A stretch of DNA of 64,000 bases from Tubulanus polymorphus. Taxonomy: Eukaryota > Animalia > Nemertea. The position numbers and the translations under genes were made by a program. Positions 53,172 through 64,000 of this stretch are shown piece after piece (the first letter of the stretch is position 1; every line of letters starts with the position of its first letter). Where the stretch lies: assembly GCF_964204645.1 (NCBI RefSeq), contig NC_134034.1, positions 248,001 through 312,000 of the forward strand, in the 5' to 3' direction. The notes beneath the pieces are model-generated. The model ran no database searches, was not told where the DNA came from, and saw nothing but the letters and a program-made list of their open reading frames with translations.

Positions 53172-54082
53172 ACTGAAATATCCACAATCAGTTACGGATG
53201 GAGATGGAGAACACGACGCGGCGAATAGACTGCACGCGCCAGGTATTGTCGTTTATATAATGAAGCCATCTGTATTAATTACATCAGTTCGTCGTGCTGC
53301 CCCCCGTGGTTCGTGAGTGCCGTCTTTGTGTAACTAATCACCTATACAACTAAAAGACAATACGCGATATAATTAGATCAGTTCCACAACATTTCCACAC
53401 GATGTTTCCGCCATCACAACAGTGTTTGTTTTGACGCTGAGTCCCGTTGACAGCTCCTGGGGCGACTACACGTTCTTTCATTATAAGGGGCAGAAGTCCA
53501 GGGACCGCTGTTGAGATGAGGGTAGCATAATTTTTGGGGGGACGGAATAAGAGCACGAAATGTTCGTGACAGTAGCACGTGCTACCACCGCGCCGCTCTC
53601 GCCCAGTGCTGGAACTGTTTCCACCATCGCTCTACGATTGATTCTGTTTTATCTGTGGTTCACTGAGTCTGGAACCTAATTAAAGAATTATAAGTTAAAT
53701 CAATCCGTAAAAAGGACCCCGCATTGAATATCTATATATTTTATTTGTTAACCACTGATAGGCCCCTTCAGGAGTCACAAATAACAACAAATCCCAAACT
53801 GGCACAAATTTTGGCCTGGAAATAAAAGCCGTGATCACACGTAGACGATTTTGCATGGATCAGGCTCGAGCCCAATTTGGGCCAATTAGAGAACGCGCTC
53901 ACACATAACTCGATATATACTAACAATGTGAGCAACTTCCGGAATTTGACCCGTGCTTAAGTTTGGCGGGCCTGGTCCGACATTTTTGTTCGGGTCAGAT
54001 TTTGCCCGGGCACATTGATTTGGCACGCGTGTAAAGTTGTTTCTGGGCCAATAATGCTCGTTCGGACGCAGTAACGTCAGTA

Positions 54083-54150
54083 AGTCTAAGACGCTGCGTT
54101 CAGGTCGCAGTCTAGGTCTCTAGGCGTGGGTAACCCACACTTCCACCATG
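54083..54150 (+). pseudogene. 5'-truncated tRNA-Leu(CAG) pseudogene
   Basis: GTCTAAGACGCTGCGTTCAGGTCGCAGTCTAGGTCTCTAGGCGTGGGTAACCC; A box missing and B box broken; the 3' flank is homologous to 52830-53030. Confidence 0.88.
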
Positions 54151-54429
54151 CGAGATTTTTACCATTCCTACTCAGCAGGATTTTTTAAACCATTTATTTC
54201 TATCGCCATCCATCCGCGTGTATCCAGTAACCATTGTGTCCACAAATCTTCCTTTTCCTCTCAACACTAACCACAGAGCACAAAACATCCCAAAGAGGAA
54301 CCACGAATATATTTTGGTAAAACAATATAAACATTTCTAATTTAATTCTCTTTCAAATAAATTCGTACATAAATAATTAAAATATTAAACAAAATGCCTC
54401 AGGACGGAAATGATGCAAAGTAACGTAAT

Positions 54430-55810
54430 TTACTGATTGGATATGTTTAACGAATTAGAAGGATTATGTTTATCCATCCAGCGAGCTGATAGCGGAGCTG
54501 TACTGGCAGCAGATTCACAGCGTATTTCATCTAAAAAATCCTCGCGTTTCGAATGTTCGCTTAGAACTTGTTGCACGCGTAATTTTGAACGGGCTATAAT
54601 ATCGTCTGTCGTAGTTTTGAAGATTCCTAGAAATAAAGGGATTCCCATTGAAATAGATTGCGGTTTAATTGAAGCCGATAATCTGCAATTTCATGAAGCT
54701 TTAAAACAGAGATTTTACCTTCAATAGAGTTCAAATCGATTTCATCTTCATCACTCTCCACCTCCTCATCGTCGTTCTCATCGTCCTCAGATTCAGATAC
54801 AACGAATCCCGATTCGACGCGCTCCTGTCTGCTGACCGGCACGCCGTCCAGTTGACGTAGATTCGGTAAATCTTGTATCATACGCCCCCTATTAGTCAAC
54901 AATGAGAATTAAAGACACGAATTACGAGGAGAAAGTTTCACAAAGTTAAATAAGACAGAACGTAGTTACCTGTGGTCAGGAATCTGTGTACATCGATTAC
55001 CAACAAGATTCAGAATCACCAGTGACTGCGGAATTTCATCTGAATTTAAAAAACAAAATCACAATTTTAACCAATTGTAAATGTAGCCCGTGTAGGAAGA
55101 TGGTACATGTCCTGTTACCCAGAAGGGACTGAACCATTAAGATCATCTTGTATTTGGACTATCCAGGAGGGAACAGGAAGTGTTACCTATATCAACGGTA
55201 TCGATCATATTTTCAGACAGATCCAGTAACTTCAGACGTTTTAACATCAATAAGTTTTCAATGCGCTTTATTTTATTGTTCGCCAGCATCAAAATCGACA
55301 AATTCGTCAAACATTCTAAATTTTCGATTTTAACGATCAAATTCTGAAAATTAAAAAGAAACGCAATTTTGAGAAACATTTTGATTCTCCGTAACACCCA
55401 GATCCAGGGGGTTCTCCTTATTACTGAGATGAGATCCAGGGGAGTGCGGAAACTCTTACCGCTTGAAGGTATAAATTTGTCACATTTTTACCCAGTAATT
55501 CTAAATTGTCGATTCTGCTAATATTTTCTCGATCTAAACGAACGTGGGTGACTTTATCCAACGCGTTCAACCTGAGAGGAGGAAACAACATCAAAACAAT
55601 CAATCAATCAAACTCCACAGAGAGTTGACGAGATAAGAATAATTCGAATTCTTCTTACAACTTCTCCTGTGAATTCGACAGCGCTAAATTCGCATTGAAT
55701 TCGGATAGATTCCTCTTGGCTATAACATGAAGAGAGAGTCTGGTACCGTGAACCAGCACCACATCATCACCGTCATTCTCTTCTTCCAGCGAGCGCAGAG
55801 ACGATGACAT
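54430..55810 (-). CDS. LRRC46: Leucine-rich repeat-containing protein 46. Exons 55810-55659, 55571-55460, 55343-55187, 55039-54970, 54888-54719, 54626-54430
   Basis: IAKRNL, HVRLDRENISRIDNLE, LYLQANLIVKIENL, LDLSENMI, EIPQSLVILNLVGN, LRQLDGVPV (SDS22-type LRRs plus LRRcap). Confidence 0.9.
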
Positions 55811-56019
55811 TTCTTGCTATTTGTAGCAATAAATATATTGAGTTGAATTGTGTTTACATGCGGAAGTGTAACAAATTAAATCAAATTAAAATATATTGGT
55901 GTCAATAATGAAATAAATCGAGGTTTGTAGGTGTAATTGTATTTTTCCAATTAGCGCCCTTAACCATTAAATACTTTCCATAAAAAATACTTGATCTAAA
56001 AGTGGCGTAGCACAACTGA

Positions 56020-56273
56020 GTGGCAGCACCATACGGTCACCTAGCGGAATTTCTTTGAACTAACGTAATATTGCGGGCCGGATCGCCGGAACTTTAGATA
56101 TAAACGCCTATTTTACGGTGCTCTGCTCTAAAACTGTCAGTTTTAAACTTCTTTTACTGAAAATGACTGTATATGATTTCATGAAAGAGTATACAACGAA
56201 TCGTAATCGAGCCGGCCCGCGTTATTCTATTAGTTCACAGAAATCCCACTAGGGGACCGTATGGTGCTGCCAC
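56020..56273. mobile_element. Palindromic MITE-like element with CTCF-like motifs in both arms
   Basis: GTGGCAGCACCATACGGTC...GCGGGCCGG pairs with CCGGCCCGC...GACCGTATGGTGCTGCCAC. Confidence 0.75.
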
Positions 56274-57165
56274 CTAGCTTATATCATGAAACTTAATTTT
56301 TTTTCAATTAGAGAATAAGTTTTATTGTTTTATAGTGTTTCAATAAAGAAAAAAGTATTTATAATCATGGATGAGTTTTCTCTACCCCCGGCTCTAGTCA
56401 GGGTTTCTAAGGGTGTCCCGTTCGAATCTGCCTTAAACGGGTTGTCCCAGGTTCGAATCCTCAAAATAACTCCAACAAACAGAGAAGCAAAAATAACAAA
56501 TTCATTTCTCACAAGAAAAAACAATTTTATTCAAAAATTCATTCGATTAAAATTTACGCAAAAACATGTTTTCTTCAGAAACAAAAAATTAAAGTTTTCA
56601 ATTCATAAAAAATAAAACATTTCTTTAACAAAATATAACTATTTTTCATTAAAAATACCAAAAAAAACAATTCTTTTTCTCGCAATAAATACGTAACAAC
56701 TTATTTACAAAGGATTGGAATATATGAAGGATTAGGGACCAGTCACAGGCCCTACCCTGACCCTGTGACACCTTCCGGTCTTATACCCCACACTATGACC
56801 TCCCTGCCTTATGTCCATTACAATCCTTACTCCTCCCTTGTGACGTTCCTCATGGAATTGAAATAGGACAAATTAGTTTAAGTTCTTCAACATGAGTTCC
56901 GAGGAAATTAAAAATTCAAGAACAGAATTTTTTTCACTAAAAGATGGTTCAAGTTTTTCGGCTTTGGTTCCGGAGGAAACTAAATATTCCAGAACAGAAC
57001 TTTTTTCACTAAACGATATTTCATTTTTAAGCCCAAGTCCTCGTCAAAAGATGAAACAATTCCAATTGTCCACACACACACAGTCCAGTTGACACCAAAT
57101 TTAACTTCTAGCACAGATCTAGAAGGGAATAAAGTCCTGTATCGTGGAGCGGCTAGGGGAAGCGT

Positions 57166-60100
57166 TTAAACAGTTCCACGTAGATGGCCGTACTGTTTTT
57201 CAGCTTGATTTTTCACTTTCTCTCGAAGCTCCGGATAATGACTCAAAACTTCGTGTAAATCAGATTTCGATAACGCGAAGATATCGACGTGAGATACGGC
57301 TTTCAACGAGAATTGATGAGGAATTCGATATATCAAACTCTGCTCGTTGATAACGCTGCCTTCTGCTAACGGTTCAACAGTACCAGTCGCAAGTGATTCT
57401 AATTGTGCCTGAATCCAGAAACAAGATTGAAATATTAAATTTATGTAAATTGAACTCGATCTGATTCAAAGCCAGGATTCAGTTCTATATTTCACATTTA
57501 AATTTGACTCTCGAGGCTTATTCTAGAAATTTGTTCTTTTCAAATGTTTTAGCTCAAATCTAACTGAACTGTGAAACTGAAACCGGGGTCCGCAAAATCT
57601 CTTATCTAAAATTTTTGATTTAATCGCACATCTTTGATTACTTCACATGAGGACGATAATTCAAACAGATAGATTCAATCTCGACCCCTTTTATGAGCCA
57701 CGGTGTTAACGAGGTTCTACTGTAATTAACACATTGATAATTAATCGAATACCTGTCCTTTATGTATATATAAAACATGGTCGTCATAATCTCCTTCAAT
57801 CGCGATGAAATCTCCCGGTAAATGAAAGATTATCTTCACTTTCGGGGCTAACATTCTGAAGAAACTTGATTCACCGTCTTTTAATAGTTCAATCTATAGA
57901 AACAAACACATTCAAATTATTACACTTTTATATCTGAACATTTTAAATCGTTGTGCCTGAGGGCTGCAGATTGTGGTGCCCGAGGGCTGCAGATTCCAGG
58001 CTGCAGATTGTGGTGCCCGAGGGCTGCAGATTCCAGGCTGCAGATTGTGGTGCCCGAGGGCTGCGGATTCCAGGCTGCAGATTGTGGTGCCTGAGGGGGT
58101 AGATTCAAGGGTTCCAGGCTACAGATTGTGGTGCCTGAGGGGATAGATTCAAGGGTTCCAGGCTACAGATTGTTGTGCCCGAGGGCTGCAGATTCCAGGC
58201 TGCAGATTGTGGTGCCTGAGGGGGTAGATTCAAGGGTTCCAGGCTACAGATTGTGGTGCCTGAGTGGGTAGATTCAAGGGTTCCAGGCTACAGATTGTGG
58301 TGCCTGAGGGGATAGATTCAAGGGTTCCAGGCTACAGATTGTGGTGCCTGAGTGGGTAGAAAGGGTTCCAGGCTGCAGATTGTGGTGCCTGAGTGGGTAG
58401 ATTCAAGGGTTCCAGGCTACAGATTGTGGTGCCTGAGGGGATAGATTCAAGGGTTCCAGGCTACAGATTGTTGTGCCCGAGGGCTGCAGATTCCAGGCTG
58501 CAGATTGTGGTGCCTGAGGGGGATAGATTCAAGGGTTCCAGGCTGCAGATTGTGGTGCCTGAGGGGATAGATTCAAGGGTTCCAGGCTGCAGATTGTGGT
58601 GCCTGAGGGGATAGATTCAAGGGTTCCAGGCTGCAGATTGTGGTGCCTGAGGGGATAGATTCAAGGGTTCCAGGCTGCAGATTGTGGTGCCTGAGGGGAT
58701 AGATTCAAGGGTTCCAGGCTGCAGATTGTTGTGCCCGAGGGGTGCAGATTCCAGGCTGCAGATTGTGGTGCCAGAGGGGATAGATTCAAGGGTTGCAGGC
58801 TGCAGATTGTGGTGCCTGAGGGGGTAGATTCAAGGGTTCCAGGCTGCAGATTGTGGTGCCTGAGGGGATAGATTCAAGGGTTCCAGGCTGCAGATTTCAA
58901 ACATACCTTGTGTAACATAGTGTCGTAAAGAGAGAGGAATATCTCTTCAATCAGAGTGTACGGTGCATCGGGAAACAGAGATCTAGAATCAACTCCTCGA
59001 TTACGAGCCCAAATATATTCATAATAATCCGTAATTCTCTGCTTCAGAACTATGTTTGCCTTACGTTCTTTCAAATGCATCTGAAAAAACAAATATCTAT
59101 TTTTTTATCTGCAAGAAACTCTGTCACTGTCAGTATTCAAACTATCAATTGTCGGGGGTGGAGAGCTCAGAGAAGAACTACAGAAAGAAACTCTGTCACT
59201 GTCAGTATTCAAACTACCAATTGTCGGGGCTGGAGAGCTCAGAGAACTACAGAAAGAAACTCTGTCACTGTCAGGATTCAAACTATCAATTGTCGGGGGT
59301 GGAGAGCTAAGAATCACAGAAAGAAACTCTGTCACTGTCAGGATTCAAACTATCAATTGTCGGGGCTGGAGAGCTCAGAGAACTACAGAAAGAAACTCTG
59401 TCACTGTCAGGATTCAAACTATCAATTGTCGGGGGTGGAGAGCTAAGAATCACAGAACATGCAGAAAGAAACTCTGTCACTGTCAGGATTCAAACTATCA
59501 ATCGTCGGGGCTGGAGAGCTAAGAATCACAGAAAGAAACTCTGTCACTGTCAGTATTCAAACTATCAATTGTCGGGGGTGGAGAGCTCAGAGAAGAACTA
59601 CAGAAAGAAACTCTGTCACTGTCAGGATTCAAACTATCAATTGTCGGGGCTGGAGAGCTCAGAGAAGAACTACAGAAAGAAACTCTGTCACTGTCAGTAT
59701 TCAAACTATCAATTGTCGGGGGTGGAGAGCTCGGAGAACTACAGAAAGAAACTCTGAAAATATTTGAAGGTAATAAATACTTACATTAACACCCTCAATA
59801 TGTGAATCAAATGATATTTTATGAGCCGCCGTGTTTGATTGAGTTGATGCTATGTTCGCCAGTACGAATCCAAACATCAGTTTACCGACAAACATCACTA
59901 AACTCGCAATTACTGAAACACACAATTCAATTATTACAACACCGTTATATTCGCCTCTCAATGCGATGAACTTCTTAACTTTACAATCGAATTTGACAAA
60001 CAACTAGCTAGGAGCGGGGTTCCTATTTAGGAGCTGGGTTCTGGGGTTGAATTATTGACGAATAAACACATTTTTACCCACAACTCAGTTACACAATTCA

Positions 60101-63100
60101 TCAAGTCTATAATTCTCTAATGAACTAATTTCAACAACTTTTATTTGATGAACCGTAGAACTGTGTGAAGAGAGGGTTGAGGAGTTGAGAGGGCGGCCTT
60201 TTTTACTGGTATCTCATTTGCTTTAACCCTGACTATTCCTTGACATGCACATTATTTTCCGACCCGTTGCGCTAAGAATCCAATCAATTAACGCAGTCAA
60301 ATAGACCTACGTAAATCGTACGTGGATATTATTTGATTTTACACGCCCCCACTTTTCCCTGATTTCCATGTAAGTGGCGCCACCCTGTGTCAGTGTTGAA
60401 GAGTAAAGACTTACCCATTTCGATCTGAGTATAAGCGTGAATATCACCGAATCCCGTAGATGTCATCGTAGCCACGACCCAATATAAACATTCCATATAT
60501 CTCAATACAGGTGTAGTCGCTACTAAATCAGTACCTGTAACACACAATACATGATTAATCACTGCAGCTGCTGCTGCTGCTGGTCGTGCTGCTGCTGCTG
60601 GTGCAGACCGTACACTTACCGCTTTCAATAAACCACGAGTGTTCCGAACAGTTCATCCCGGGACACGCGATTACAAACCAGATACAAGCTTGTAAATGTA
60701 TACAAACAGCTAACTGAAATACGAGCTGTAAAACTCGTACCAACATCAAACTGAAATATCAAATTACATCAATAACTCGGGAGAGAAGGGAGAGGGAGAG
60801 GAGAGAGAAGGAGAGAGAAGGGGAGAGAGAGGGGGAGAGGGAGAGAGGGGGCGGCGCTGCTTTCTGCCCATTTACAAAACTCCCGAGTTTTCCCAGAGAA
60901 ATTTCTAGGTTTAAAATGAAATAATTCATTAATTTTTCCATTGAATCAAGCATTAATAAAGACACACATGACCATTAACATTATCTGATGTTTTCCAGGT
61001 TTTAAGTAAAGTTCATCAAATTCTTGTAGTTTTCCAAGTTTTTCAGGTCAATGACCCTGCTATATAGGAGGAATAAGGGTTTAATTCGAACCAGGGACAG
61101 AGGTCCGAGGATTAAAATGGGAACGGCTCAGATGACGGCATCTGGACCCGGTTCCACAGTTGTGAGTTAAAGTTAGTTCATTTTCAATGTTTTAACCCGG
61201 GGTCAAATCTTAACTCAGAACTGTGGAACCGGACCCTGGAGTATTTTAAAAGTGACTCACTTAACGTTGACCTGATCTTCCCAGGACTGGAAGAAAGTTC
61301 GAACTTTCAACAATCTGAATAGATGATGAACGCGTAGATAGGTAAGCACGGCGTATCGTATCTCGGGAACGGCGGCGAAAGCGAATACATCGAGCGGTAG
61401 GGTAGAGATTAAATCAAACGCAAGTCCGCTGCGTCTACGTTTATACGCTTCACGACAACGACTGTGATCGGTTACTAGGTTACCGTTCATATCGTAAAAC
61501 TGACGATGAAGATTCAAATATATCTACAACAGAAATCAGTTAGTTAAAATTCGAACCGGGGGACTATGGGTTAGAGTTGTACGCAGGGTCAGAGTTTGTT
61601 TGTTTGTTTTGGCTTTATGTCGTTGGGATCTTGGTTTCCCGAGACGAACCCCGTAGGATTATTCATTTAACCTCACGACGGGACCGCTGCCTTTGAAGTG
61701 TTACCCGCACACTGTAAGCAGCCAGTAGCAGAACTCGGACCCTCTTGTTACTCAGCACTGACAGCTCTAATTTGAATTTATGGTGAAATTATCGGAAATA
61801 AACTCATTTCAATTTGAGTCCAGTCAAACTTAAAGACAGTCGACACTTACATAATCATGGTTTAGATTTAAGACCGATCTAACACCATCTCAGTTCTATA
61901 TATTAATCCATCTAACAACTTAACACTAGTCGAAACATTTAAGACCATGTTTAAACTTACAACGCTGAAATTTGGATCTTTTCGGATGGGACAAATTTGA
62001 CTTGTGGTTATTTTATCGAGTTGGACAATCGCTGATATCAGAGATTTAACATACCTCACAGGAGAAGAATATTTCACAGGCGTAATTAAAACCGAACATT
62101 CCCCAATTATAGTCATGAAACGACGCCTGAAACACAGACAAGACATTTCAAATAGCAGCAATCACAGCAGCTCAAAGCAGAATCTTCACAGATCTGTTTT
62201 ACTATTGAATAACGTACCTGATAGGTTACTAGAAACGACGAAACCAATGCCAAAACGACGGAGATTTTATCCCAAACTCGAACCAGAATAGAGTGCGGAC
62301 TGATCGTCCATTCCGTTTCCCAGAACTTCGGTTCAGCTTTCGTATTAACTGTGAAAAATTGAAAGTGATCCCGAATTAAACAATCAGTATTGTACAATTT
62401 TTAGATATAATTTTCGAGATGACACTCACGCATCGGTTTTGACGGAGTTCCTTGGATATCCTGTTTTTATAATAGAAAATATTTAAAAAGGAAAGGATGG
62501 ATCTGATTTATAAACTGGTGAAAAAGTGCAGGTGAACATTTTTTTGAATGAAATCTGTGCTATAATAATTTACAGATAATCATTATCATTATAAATTAAC
62601 AGATTTATTATAATCTCAGTTAAAAAACTCACGAGAGATGGTTTTTTAGTTCTTTCGCTCGCTAATGCAATGATGTTTTGTTTGATGTTTGGATAAAATG
62701 TTAGAACGTCATCCATGTCTTTCTTCTTCAACTGGAATACATCTACATTACTACCAGCTCTACAAATAAATACATCTACATTACTACCAGCTCTACACAA
62801 TAAATACATCTACATTACTACCAGCTCTACACAATAAATACATCTACATTACTACCAGCTCTACAAATAAATACATCTACATTACTACCAGCTCTACACA
62901 ATAAATACATCTACATTACTACCAGCTCTACACAATAAATACATCTACATTACTACCAGCTCTACACAATAAATACATCTACATTACTACCAGCTCTACA
63001 CAATAAATACATCTACATTACTACCTGCTCTACACAATAAATACATCTACATTACTACCAGCTCTACACAATAAATACATCTACATTACTACCAGCTCTA

Positions 63101-63752
63101 CACAATAAATACATCTACATTACTACCAGCTCTACACAATAAATACATCTACATTACTACCAGCTCTACAAATAAATACATCTACATTACTACCAGCTCT
63201 ACACAATAAATACATCTACATTACTACCAGCTCTACACAATAAATACATCTACATTACTACCAGCTCTACACAATAAATACATCTACATTACTACCAGCT
63301 CTACACAATAAATACATCTAGTTTTGAACTGTGGAACTGAGTTTAGAACTGTGAAACTGTGGATCTGGATCTAAAGTTGTGGAACTTGAGTTTCAAACTG
63401 TGGATCTGATATTTTACCTGATGGATGAAGATCGCGGTCCCTCCGATAGAAGAGACATCTCACCGAATACAGTTCCTGTCGGTAGAATATGTAACACTTC
63501 ACCCGTATCTTCATTTACTACTTCCGCAAAACCTTCTTGTATGAAAAACATCTACAATAAAACACGTAAACATGACATAACCTGATTCCAAATCCGAGTT
63601 TTACCAATACCCGATCGATCGACAGACTGACTGACCTCGGTTCCGATGTCGTTTTTATGTAGAATATATTCTCCTTTCAGATAGAATAACGGTTGCATTC
63701 TACGAGCGATCATTTTACGGAAGTTTGTATCAGTTCCACGGAACACTGACAA
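57166..63752 (-). CDS. 3' part of a multi-repeat cyclic-nucleotide-gated K+ channel (CNGK/KCNH-like: CNBD, then 6TM/pore, C-linker, CNBD). Exons 63752-63636, 63551-63418, 62759-62633, 62460-62430, 62348-62218, 62126-62055, 61523-61261, 60750-60620, 60534-60415, 59912-59785, 59080-58907, 57893-57753, 57408-57166; continues beyond the window
   Basis: CNBD FGEMSLLSEGPRSSSIRA, FDLISTLPLD, S4 YLRVHHLFRLLKV, pore YWVVATMTSTGFGD, C-linker RITDYYEYIW, second CNBD. Confidence 0.9.
57950..58895. repeat. 34/44-bp intronic tandem array (CCAGGCTGCAGATTGTGGTGCCTGAGGG...)
   Basis: Fills almost the whole intron. Confidence 0.95.
59113..59755. repeat. ~68-73-bp intronic tandem array, ~9 copies
   Basis: AGAAACTCTGTCACTGTCAGKATTCAAACTATCAATTGTCGGGG units. 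Confidence 0.95.
61145..61235. mobile_element. Harbinger/PIF-like MITE
   Basis: TIR GACCCGGTTCCACAGTT / AACTGTGGAACCGGACC with CTG target duplication. Confidence 0.78.
62738..63319 (-). repeat. 33/34-bp tandem array, 17 copies, each containing the channel exon acceptor plus 22 exon nt
   Basis: Minus-strand unit TTTATTGTGTAG|AGCTGGTAGTAATGTAGATGTA; the exon proper starts at 62759 (AGSNVDVFQLKK). Confidence 0.96.
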
Positions 63753-64000
63753 CTACAGCAAAATACAACACATACAACCGGTGTTAAAAATCTTAGACAA
63801 ATTGAACACATTCTACTTTTTCATCTTTTCTTTCACTGCAAAAATCCTGGATTGGGTCTCATAGATGTGGAAGCAAAATAGTCGCTAGGAATATTTTGAA
63901 ATTTGTCAGTTATAACCATGGTTTCTCATTGTTACTACGATGGTTGTTACCCAGATTGAGGAGTTACCCCTAGGGATAACTTTGATACTCGGTCTGTGAA

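Noticed and set aside
57920-59767. Repetitive ORFs (RLQIVVPEG, KLCHCQYSNYQ)
   Set aside because: Intronic minisatellites of the channel gene read on the opposite strand or out of context

Overview
Gene-dense, intron-rich animal genomic DNA (probably a bilaterian invertebrate; the taxon cannot be fixed from sequence alone). It is not prokaryotic and has no CRISPR array. I reconstructed ten spliced protein-coding genes by hand from GT-AG junctions and reading-frame phase: SLC28/CNT (+), PTTG1IP (-), OXNAD1 (-), PSME3 (+), ANKZF1 (-), SLC24/NCKX (+), GSTK1 (-), VOPP1-like (-), LRRC46 (-) and the 3' part of a multi-repeat cyclic-nucleotide-gated K+ channel (-). There is also one intact tRNA-Leu(CAG) and a truncated duplicate of it. 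Most long introns are filled by gene-specific tandem repeats. The most striking pattern is that in three unrelated genes the repeat unit is the gene's own 3' splice site plus the first exon bases (21, 10 and 17 copies), and a fourth array copies a 5' splice-site region. Two of these arrays also carry a CTCF-like motif in every unit. Other oddities: a 3.9-kb hierarchical satellite built from Pol III A/B-box-like units with three copies of a 233-bp hairpin; a candidate PTTG1IP alternative exon that swaps the sorting signal; Harbinger-like MITEs whose ends seed minisatellites; and a ~4-kb inverted-repeat element inside an unexplained spliced-looking region (39-49 kb). Exon coordinates were read manually and may be off by a few bases.
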